NCBI GenBank assembly: GCA_011109175.1
Contig: RDEW01000020.1
Location: 1 to 64,000, forward strand
Direction of reading: 5' to 3'
DNA length: 64,000 nt
From: Dicyema japonicum
Taxonomy: Eukaryota > Animalia > Dicyemida
Shown here piece by piece: positions 12,829 through 23,410 of the stretch. The first letter of the stretch is position 1; each line of letters opens with the position of its first letter. Made by a program: the position numbers and the translations under genes. The notes below the pieces were generated by a model, which saw only the letters and a program-made list of their open reading frames with translations, was not told the origin of the DNA and searched no databases.

Positions 12829-13119
12829 GGAAGTTGCACTTAAAGAAAATTGTTCCATAATCGATGAAAACTTGATAGTTGCAAATCTTAGCTGTAGTTC
12901 CATTATAAGTGCAATCGTTGATTATTAAGAGTGTTTGGTTACTTCAAACATTTTTATTAGGGGGAACCGATTAGTATTATTCATTAGAAATCGATTGTCA
13001 AAGAAAATTTAAATTATAAGGCCCAAAATATGGATTTTTAAAATAAATTGAAAATAGTCGGTCAATCAGAGAAATAATTCAGACTGCTATTAAAAGTTTA
13101 CTTGAACAATAACAAGATT

Positions 13120-15030
13120 TTTTTACCAGAAAGACTCATTTTAAAAATTGGGCAAAGCTAAACCATAGCGATAGAGTTATTTTGTAAATTAGGGGTTATT
13201 AAGTGATATATAGGAGAAATCTATTTAGAGAATTGGTTAAAACTAAACCATAAAGATAAAGACTCATTTTGGAAATTGGGCGAAGCTAAACCATAGAGAT
13301 AGAGAATTATTATGTAAATTTGGAATTCCACGTGTTAAAGGTGAATTATTTTGTAAATTAGGCATTATTAAGTCATATAGACAGAAACTTATTTAGAGAA
13401 TTTATCAAAACTAGTAGAAGGACGATTTCTTCGAGATTGAGACTTTATTCTCCCAATCTAGACTTTTATTACTCACAGGCATCTTCTTAACATTGAAATT
13501 TCAGAGTTCTGGTACAAAACATATGAATTATTCTTGGTATAAATCTCCAAGAAACTTGGCTCACTACTAGGAGATAGCGAAGACATCATACGGAGAAAAA
13601 CATTGGAAAATGCGGCATTACAAAGGCTTAAAAATCTTTGGCTAAAACGGAAAGGATATAACATAAAACAAAGGATTATGTTATACGACACTTTCATCAA
13701 ACCAATTCTACTATACAACTCTGGGACCTGGGCCACCTCTAAAGAGGAATTGGAGAGGCTAGACTCATTTCACAGGAATCATCTATGAAACATAACTGGA
13801 ATGTCCTAGCCATCCAAGATCTCGCGGAATGGACTGTACAATAAGTGTGACTGTATACCATTAAGCCATGAGAACATTAACTTTCGTTGGAGACTTTTTG
13901 GACACGTCCTGAGGTTGGACCCGAAATCCCCTCCGAACATCGCAATGGAAGATTACTACTCCTCCAATGTAAAACGCTTTCGTGGAAGACCGAGAACTAC
14001 CCTCTGAAAGCCATGAAGAAAACATGGCATCTGGTGACGATCTGGACTCACTGAGGGACCTAGCAAGAACAGAAGAGCTTGGAGCAACCTAACTAATTCT
14101 CTTATATTTTTTGCTGCACATGCGGGGCTATAAATATTATGGCTCTCGTGAAAGTGTTACTAATAATAATAAATCTCCATGCAGGACATCAACCGTGGCC
14201 TTGAAAGTGTTTTAACATCCTAGATAGACTTAGCAGAGTCAAGCTTCAAATTCTCGTCTGATAATATGTGTCATAGAGCTAGGTCCTACCTTTTATTACT
14301 ACTACGCTCTTTACTGAATTGGTCAATTTTTTCTCTTCTTTTACTATTGATTCTTCATTTTTTACCAAGCTTGATCGCCATCCCTAGTATTATCAAGAAG
14401 GTTGATCATTGTCTCTCTCTTGAGCGAAAAATACCACCCTTCACATTTTTGAGAGAGGGAAGTATAATTCTTTCAAAAATAAAAGATAAACGTTTCCTTC
14501 AGCAAATCGAGTTTGTGTTGACACAGAAGTTCTTTTTTATTTTTTTTCTGGAAACTTCAACATAATATCCACCACATCCAAAACGGACACCCAAATAATT
14601 CAGATGGTCGACATTGCTGATACTACTCAGTGTATACTCTTGTTGAAAAATTTTATATAGTTTGAAATTCACATGGCTTTCGACTTTTCTATAGAGACTT
14701 AAGCCAAGGGATTTGCACCACCAGACAATTTCTCCGAAAAATTCCCGTAATCTCCCCTCAGATACACCGAACTCTTCAAGACGTCCGATGTCAGTACTCT
14801 AAATATGTTTCTGTGTATATAACTCAATATTGCCCAATTTCCAAAATAAGCATTTATTTATGGTTTAGTTTTGACCAATGCCTCATTTACAAAATAATTC
14901 ATCTTTACACTTGGAATTTACAAATTTGCAAAATAACTCTCTATCTCTATGGTTAAGCATTACCCAATTTCCAAAATGAGTCATTATCTTAATGATTTAT
15001 TTTGACCGATTCTCTAAATAAGTTTCTTCG
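13120..15030. repeat. Element bounded by long imperfect inverted repeats made of subrepeats
   Basis: 13120-13400 matches the reverse complement of 14795-15030 (shared blocks GACTCATTTTGGAAATTGGG, AACCATAGAGATAGAG, ACAGAAAC(T/A)TATTTAGAG). Confidence 0.7.
13550..14172 (+). mobile_element. 5'-truncated RTE-like LINE
   Basis: LYDTFIKPILLYNSGTW, LDSFHRNHL, LFGHVLR, FRGRPRTT; (TAA)n tail; TSD ATAAATCTCCA on both sides. Confidence 0.85.
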
Positions 15031-15119
15031 TGCTCATTTATATTTTTATACAAATAACAGCGTTCGATTTTTTATTCAACATTTTTTTAATTTCTTTTCT
15101 CTATAATCCCACTGGGCAA

Positions 15120-15640
15120 TTACACTAGGAGTCTAAAATCCTGCCTTGGATGACCACTTTAAAATGAGGAGCCTAAAATGCCTCAGACAATCGTAAGACC
15201 CAAACCACATAACCTTCCCATTACCTGAGTCCACTAACCGCAGACACATACAAAGAAAATTCACTGATCTCCAAAGAACACTCAGGAAAATCCCACCTCG
15301 ACAAAAGACCAAAGTTGGACCAAAAGTATACATGACTTTGTGTCTACGCGTTTCATAAGAACCCTTTAAGAGAACAAAATACTGTAGTGCATATTTCCTG
15401 AGATTAGCGCTTTAGAATGATTTTTCCGAAAACCGTCAGAGTGGAACTTTCTCGTTTACGATGTGGACATCATCCCTCTCTAACTGAGAGAGTAGTTTGG
15501 GATCTTTTTGCTTGCCCTGGACCAAAAAGGCTCGATGTGAAAATAATGGATCTCTGGGAGAATCCTGTCTTAGCAGAACGTTTTTTGACGGTTTCCTGTT
15601 TTCTAGATGTTAGAGAAACTGGCGCTAATAATTTAATTTA
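15120..15640 (+). mobile_element. Ingi/Vingi-like LINE C-terminal zinc-knuckle region
   Basis: VELSRLRCGHHPSL...LFACP...DLWENPVLAERFL resembles I-group/Vingi ORF C-termini. Confidence 0.6.
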
Positions 15641-16529
15641 AAATAACTTACACTCGACCGGAGCCAAAAATAATAAGCAAGATTTAAGCGCTTAAGTAAC
15701 AAAAAAATTATTGTCTGTGATATTCGATTCCCGTCTGGACAATCTCCAGTAATGATACTACGCTTCTGCCTACGGCAGATACACTCCAAAAAATTGGCGC
15801 TTCGGCCTACTCACGTAAAAATAGAGATAGACACCCCATACTTGTCTCCCACCACCGACGACATACAATTGGTTAATCATCCTTCCAAAGGAGCAGTAGT
15901 GTTGGCCTAGGCGGCCTAGGTTCAATCCATAAAGAGGATCTCACTTCTGTTACCACTGCCGATGTGGAGAAAACTTTAACCAACCACATAAAGGTTTTCA
16001 TTGATCAGATTTGCCTGGATAAAATTTCCGACTACCCCCTGAGAACTATTATTTGCCTTCAGAAAAACTCGGTGAAACCTCTCTACTTATTCGGCCCGCA
16101 GCATACCAAACGCGTCTTGAAACATGCATTCGTCGAAATTTTTAGTTAAAGCATGTTCGCAAATCACTAAAGGTCATCTGAATAGTTAACCTTTCGTTTG
16201 GTGACCATGCACATTTGAATTTATCCAACGCACACTCAAGTCCCATTAGGATTTTTACTAATGCCTTTGGGATCAACTCCCTCGTATTGGGAATTAGAAC
16301 ATCGCTTAATGTTTGATCAAAACGATGCCATTATTGAAGGAGACTGAAAAAACTTGACAATTGAGGTCATTTTATTCTCTTCGCCATCTCGGCACTCAGA
16401 CTTGAGCCAAATCCTTTTAAATATAAGATTAAAACGTACCATGTTCGAAGGACAACTTTTCGCAAGCACGATCAACGATATCTGGTTTTCATCCTGGAAT
16501 ATCTATCACCAATGAGGAAGCCGCAATTT

Positions 16530-16825
16530 TTAAATTAAATTCATTAACCCCGGATACACCGAGGAAGAAGTTAAATTAAACAACTAATTAAGTGTATCCA
16601 GTTTCCACTTGTACAGAAACAGAGTCCATCCGGAATCAGCATAAAATGAAAAGGACGTCCATAGCTGCAGTTGCGGAAACCCTCCAGTAGAGTGGGGGGA
16701 GCAAATAATCCTTTTTCGTGCCGGCCTGGGACTGGGCGCCACCTAGACAGGTGGATCACATGATGCCACTCTAATAGGAAGAGAGAGGTGGAACAGACGA
16801 ACAGACATAAAAACTTAAACCAATT
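16530..16825 (-). mobile_element. Ingi-tailed non-tRNA SINE, copy 3 (5'-truncated, 22-bp TSD)
   Basis: Flanked by a perfect direct repeat ACCAATGAGGAAGCCGCAATTT at 16508-16529 and 16826-16847. Confidence 0.85.
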
Positions 16826-17099
16826 ACCAATGAGGAAGCCGCAATTTAAATAATTAAATAATATAGTACGCAACTTTTGATAGTGCTTGTTAAAAAAATT
16901 AAATAAATAAACAGAACTATTTATCTTTTGGTTTTATTTAAAATCCAAAAATAATTTTATTAATAAATACATACAAATCTGCAAACTATCCAGGATTTTT
17001 TATTTATATAAAGTTGAAGAAATTGTCGACAACACTGGTTTATTTTATTTAAAGTTTAAATCATATCATAAAAAACTCATAATAGTCTCTACAATCGAT

Positions 17100-17345
17100 G
17101 ATTCACCAGCCATTGTCGACAAATATTTTGAATTTCAACAACCCTGATGCCAGGGATAGTTATGTTTCTATTATCAAACCTCAGCTTAGGCAGAAATCTG
17201 GCGAATAATTAAATGATGCGGAAGAATCGTAAAATTTTTATATCTGCATAAGAGGAGTCAGAGTAGCTCTCACTAAAAGAATCCCAAATATAGACCATCT
17301 GGTAAACCTTTACCAAGGTCAAGGGTTTTTAATAAAAATTACTAA
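17100..17345 (+). mobile_element. hAT (Charlie/Buster-like) transposase C-terminal remnant
   Basis: VRVALTKRIPNIDHLVNLYQGQG, homologous to 26900-26990. Confidence 0.55.
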
Positions 17346-18035
17346 TTAATATTTGAATAATTTATTACGCATCAAAACAATCAAAGTAATCAATCCAGCT
17401 GAAGTAATTGAGTGGCTGCTTCCTCTGATAACTGACAGAGAAATCCTTTGGAACAGTCAATCAGTTTCATGGCGTTCGTTACTCGCTTTCGTTATCATGG
17501 ATCCGAGAGATCTTAGAAAAGAGACCACCTCGGGCCCAAAGACTCCGCTCGTCTCGAAGACTACAGACTGTAAATATAATCTTTTTGAGAGACTGTCATA
17601 TTATTTTATTTTGAATCGTTAGATTATTAATTCTAGAACACTGTGATGGGTAAATTATTGATGGAGAGGTCGGTGGCATAAGAAATTTCTTCGTTGTTGA
17701 CTAGCCACTGACACATCTCAGTTCAACTTCATATAATTCTTGAAGCATCTTGAGACAATTCAATACAAGGTCTTAATTTTTGAAAATCTGTTCAAAATAA
17801 TTTTATTACTAATTATCCTCGTATTAGAAAAAATTTATATTTCCAAAGACTTTCTATGGCAATCTTAATTCACAATTATCATAGAATTCAATAACAACAG
17901 TTGAATCGCTGAATTAATTTTAATTAAAAGATCTGGCTCAGATCAGCAGTACTTAATCGCTTTTATGTTAATTCTATATTTATTTTATTCATTTATCAGT
18001 ATATTATATTGAGGTTAACCCGAATAAGAATAAAA

Positions 18036-18043
18036 TTTCGCGT
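18036..18043 (+). promoter_or_regulatory. E2F-like site upstream of RRM1
   Basis: TTTCGCGT about 30 nt before the ATG in otherwise CpG-poor DNA; RRM1 is a known E2F target in animals. Confidence 0.4.
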
Positions 18044-18071
18044 ATTCGCAATGATGATCAAGATAGACCCA

Positions 18072-20802
18072 ATGTATGTCTTTAAGAGAGGTTTCTTATT
18101 ATCTCTATTTTAGATGGCCGTAAGGAAAAAGTGCGTCTTGATAAAATAACATATCGGCTGACAAGCCTCTGTGATGGTCTAGACACTGATTACGTGGATC
18201 CTGTAATACTCATTGTCTATAATTTTTACCAGGCCGCTGTTACCGTTAAGGTCGCGAGTGGGCTATTCTCAGGAGTAACAACTGTTGAACTTGATAACCT
18301 GGCTGCGGAAACGGCAGCTACAATGACTACTAAGCACCCTGACTATGCTGTCCTCGCTGCAAGAATAGCTATTTCCAACCTCCAGAAAGAGACTAAGGAT
18401 AAGTTTTCAGGTATCTATTCTTCACTTGTTTCCAGATGTTGTTGAAGATCTCTACTATTATGTCCATGCTGAAACATCACGGGACTACCCTTTGGTTTCA
18501 CATGAGTTGTATGAGGTGGTTCAATCAAACAAAAATGTATTTTTTGTGTTAACACTAGGTCCTTGATGGTGCTATTAAACATGACCGAGACTTTTATTTT
18601 TCGTTCTTTGGATACAAGGTTAACCTTATGTGACAATTCCTAGACACTTGAGAAGGCCTATTTGCTCAGAATTAATCATAAGGGTAAGCCATCGAATAAT
18701 CCCAGTTGTCGAGAGGCCACAGTATATGTACATGAGGGTCGCCATCGGATTCACGGACATGACATCGATTCCGTAATTGAGGTCGACTTATTTTGCTTAC
18801 ATTAGACCTACAATCTAATGTCGATGAAATATTTTACCCATGCCTCACCCACGTTGTTCAATGCTGGGACCCAAAATCCTTCGCTTTCTAGGTTTGCTTT
18901 TTTCTTATATGATCAGTTGTTACCTTGTGGCTATGAAGGAGGACAGCATTGAGGGAATATACAACACTTTATCCCACTGTGCTACGATCTCTAAGGCTGC
19001 TGGTGGAATTGGTATTCATGTTCATTGTATTCGTGCGACTGGGTCTTTCATTGCAGGGGTTTGGAAGTTGTTTATTCCCAGTCCAATGGTCACTCGAATG
19101 GACTAATACCCATGCTCAGAGTGTTCAATGCTACCGCTCGATACGTTGATCAAGGGGGAAATAAAGTTACTAGTTCATAATGAATTTTTAGAGACCGGGG
19201 GCCTTTGCTATTTATTTAGAACCTTGGCATACTGACGTTTATGAGTTTATCGAACTCCGTAAGAATACCGGAAATGAGGAGATTAGAGCCAGAGATCTTT
19301 TCCTTGCTCTATGGATCCCCGATTTGTTTATGAAGAGAGTGAAAGCAGACATGATGTGGTCCCTTATGACTCCTGATCAGTCCCCCGGACTCTCTGACTG
19401 CTATGGGGAGAGTTTGATGAGCTATACCAAAGGTTATCAGCCTTGTTATTCGACAGATACGAGTCGGAAGGGAAATATAGTAAGCAAGTGAAGGCTCAGA
19501 ACCTTTGGCATGCTATCGTGGAGGCTCAAATAGAGACGGGAGTTCCTTATATGCTATATAAAGACTCGATAAACAGAAAGTGTAACCAAAAGAATCTAGG
19601 GACCATAAAATCTAGCAATTTGTGCACAGAGATAACTCAATATAGTGACGAAATGAGGTAGTTGTAGTGTTTATGTAGACTGCTGTGTGTAATCTGGCAT
19701 CTATCTCCCTTCCTGCCTTTGTGGTTGATGGAAAATTTGATTTTGATAAGCTGGTTGAGATAGTGGGAGTTGTCGTAAAGAACCTAAACCGAGTGATTGA
19801 TGTCAATAAGTACCCCGTTTCGGAGTCAAAACGCTCAAATATGCGTCATCGTCCAATGGGGATTGGAGTTCAAGGATTGGCTGATTGTTTTTGTTTGCTG
19901 AGACTTCCATTCGACAGTTGTGAGGCCAGGCAACTGAATATTGACATATTTGAGACTTTATATTATGCTGCATTGAAGAAGAGTTGTGAGATTGCTAAGG
20001 AGGATGGCCACTATGAGAGTTATCCTGGAAGTCCTATGAGTCAAGGGATACTCCAGCACGATATGTGGGGAGTTAAGGATACTGATAGACACGACTGGGC
20101 AGCTCTCAGGAAAGATATCGGTCTGTATGGCGTCAGGAACTCTCTTTTGATAGCCCCCATGCCTACAGCTTCTACTGCGCAAATATTTGGGAATAATGAG
20201 TCGATTGAGCCATTTACAAGTAATTTGTACATTCGTCGTGTGCTCTCTGGAGAGTTTCAGGTCGTCAATCGTTATTTACTGGATGATTTGGTGAAGGTCG
20301 GTCTCTGGGATGATGACATGAGGAATATGCTTGTGCATTTTAACGGGTCAATTCAGGTTGGTGGAAATGTTGAAACTAGTCGATACCTTCTATTTCTGAT
20401 GAACTGCGGAATTTGTATAAAACTGTATGGGAGATCCCTCAGAAGAGGATTGTGCAGATGGCAGCTGATAGGTCCCCCTATATTGATCAGAGTCAGTCTT
20501 TGAATTTACATATTGCTGAACCTAATTATGCCAAGATCACCAGTATGCACTTTTATGCTTGGAGTATGGTTGTCATTACGTTAATCTCTCAGGGACTCAA
20601 GACAGGAATGTACTACTTGAGGACAAAGCCAGCAGCCAACGCAATTCAGTTTACTGTCGATAAGAGGAGAGTAAAGTCAAATCTGAATACTATGAAATCT
20701 TTGTCACCCTCCTCTTCTAGTTCTCAAGTTCCTTCTGAATTTACACAAAAACCATCAATGTGTAGTCTTTTAGGGGATGGTTGTTTTTCCTGCTCAAGTT
20801 AA
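18072..20802 (+). CDS. RRM1: Ribonucleoside-diphosphate reductase large subunit (class Ia alpha)
   Basis: MYVFKRDG ATP cone, [45 protein letters not shown] and terminal CFSC. GT-AG introns at 18091-18113, 18203-18232, 18411-18435, 18537-18558, 18619-18643, 18684-18705, 18782-18805, 18892-18916, 19059-19081, 19166-19191, 19433-19456, 19658-19678, 20357-20379, 20569-20592. Three apparent 1-nt deletions. Confidence 0.97.
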
Positions 20803-23410
20803 CTTTATTTAGTTAGTTTTCTGTTGGGATTTTTATTCTCCTTGATTTACTCTTTGTTACCAGGAATATTAATTTTTGTTATTTTTATGTTGTTTCTCTG
20901 TTAACGGGATCCGCTTTATTAACTAACCTCTTAGTCCCTGTTAGGAGTGGTTTCTCTGTAATTCTCTCATTTAATATGCAAAATATGTCATTGCATTGTT
21001 AAATTATCAACCGCAGAAAATTTCATTATACGATACATTATCAAATTAATGCAGATTAACCAAATTTAAATGTTCACTATAAAGTAATGTTAATTAATTG
21101 CAATGACATATACCTAACGATTTATGTTAATTGACCTAATACAATGCCTTAACAGTGTCAAGTGGGATTGCCTCTTTGAAGCTTGTGCTCTCAGGCACCC
21201 GATATCTGGAAACTGGATGACTTAGGGTTGGTTCAGCACTCTTGTTTTTCAAGACAACATTGTCTTTCTCAAACCGGTCTTAAGCAATAAAACCCACTTG
21301 GACCATTCCTTTTTGCCCTGACTGTCGGTGACATTGCACTCATTGTGGGTTCCCCGTTCAACGTTTGGTATCTGGAGGACCTCCATGTCATTGTCCCGTC
21401 TCTGAGAGGCTAAAGATCATTGATTCAAATGTGACGTTTTTTTCTATTGAAAAATTGTCTTTTCATCCTCAAGTTACTCTTCGTGCTGAGATACTCGCCA
21501 ACCTTCAAGCGTTTGGACATCCTAAAACCATCGATTCAACTCTGAAGTCTTTAATGGAGAATGTTGTCAATATCCAGTTCGACAATTAAATCTGGATGTA
21601 ATACAAACTCCCGACTTGGCCTCAGATCTGTGGCTAAAAATTCGCTGAGATTTCACAACTGTTTTAGATCTTACTTCGGAAAGTCTTTCTCAGAAGCCCG
21701 AATAGCAGGGCAAGAGTATGGATATTGTTCACTAACAGGTGAATTTTCTCGAACCTCTTGGGAAAAATAACAATTACTTACATTATTCTGAATGCAGGAA
21801 CAACATTTACCAACAGCACCTTGCTTGCTTTTGTTCGTCATGCATGGAGGATATTGGTTGTTGGTTGGATGTATCTCCAATCCTTGGAGTTGGGATTTTA
21901 CTCGAAAGTGAGAGCTTTCGAATTGGCATTTCATATCGCTTTGGCTTGGATGTTTGTAAGACTCACCGATAGCGATGTGTGAAGATGTTTGATCATCTCT
22001 TGCAAGAACTATTTCTTATCGTTTTATTCAAAATCCAAAGGATCCATTTAACTCTTGTGTTTTCAACGTGGTGTGGATTTTTTTGACTAAGCGATGAAGC
22101 CATCTCGCTTATAAAAACACTCAAAACGCAAGCATACTCAATCAATCGGAAAATATCTTGAATTTTCAGAAGCCTAAATCAAACTATAACAAAATGAAAA
22201 AAACTAACTTCACTAATAAGTACCTACAAGTCCTCAAACTATGCATGCCATGTGTATTCATATAAAGTTGCAGAAATTATCGCAAATAGTGGTTTTTCTT
22301 TATTTTAATTTATAATCCTCATTCGATTGCTGAGAGAGTTGTCCTGCCCTGTGTAGAATTGTTTATAAAACATATTCTGAGAGGGAATATTGAGAATTGA
22401 CGATCTCTGAAAATCTCGAACATTCCTTAATTATTTATCTCAGAAAAACAAATTTTTATTACAAAACGAATAATCAGTTGTATTTGATATTCAATCTGTT
22501 TTAACGGCATATGTGAGGTACAATAATATAACATTTTAGAGATATTGTGACAATAACTGTAATGAATGAGAAATTATTTTTTTAAAGTTATTAAATCGAC
22601 ACAATAAGATTTTCTATTTTCACGAATTTGAATTATACCTAAATAATCATAATATACCATTCGAAAAGATGGAAAGGAGATTACGTCCACGTATACAACC
22701 AGATAGACTATGTATTGTGCTAAAGATCTCTTCGTGCGTTAATTAACAGACTCCCGCAGCTATGGAGGCACCATCAGTTATAGTGATCAAAAACTGCTTG
22801 TTGCACGTTTCAGAATGAAAAGATATTTCGGAATTTAGAGAGCTAGAAAGAGAGAGCTTATCTTACTGTGGAAGAATTATGTGAGAAGTCGCGTGAAAAT
22901 TATTGTATGGCAATTAAGGAGATTGTGAACATAAATACATAAAATCCCCAGCAATGATTTGGAATGCTACTGTTGAGGAAATAAAGAAGGCAAGTTTCTA
23001 CGTGCTTAGGGAAAAAAGTCCGGCAGGATATAAAGGAGTTTTCGATCACAAAATTGAATCAACAAAAAAAATTGCGGCTGAGAATGGAATCATGTACAAA
23101 TAATGATACTTACAACGAGTTAGAAGAGAAAGAAATCGTATTGTCAAGGAGATTAGGAGGAAGAAGGAAATTTGTCAAAAAAATTAACGAACGTGTCTGT
23201 GAAATTGAAAAATTGGGATACGGTACGCAAATGTTTCTAGCAGTTCGCATTTAAGAATAATACCATACAACACATATACAAAGTCGGTGTTTATGTACAA
23301 CTCGGGTACATGGGGAGTCACAGAACCAGAGCACAAGAAAATGGGTATATTTCATCAAAAACAATTACGCAATTTAATGGGCCTAGGTTGGCCCAAGAAG
23401 ATTTCAAATA

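Noticed and set aside
14266-14565. Hydrophobic ORF resembling a mitochondrial or membrane protein
   Set aside because: It is the antisense shadow of purine-rich sequence, with no diagnostic motifs.
16571-16873. 100-aa ORF through the Ingi-tailed SINE
   Set aside because: It starts outside the element, and the other copies have indels that break the frame.
18051-18071. In-frame upstream ATGs adding MMIKIDP to RRM1
   Set aside because: Homology starts at the 18072 ATG; the true start cannot be resolved without transcript data.
21150-22060. Possible NAA35-like or membrane-protein gene
   Set aside because: Only one weak motif (LELGFYS) and no consistent exon chain could be built.
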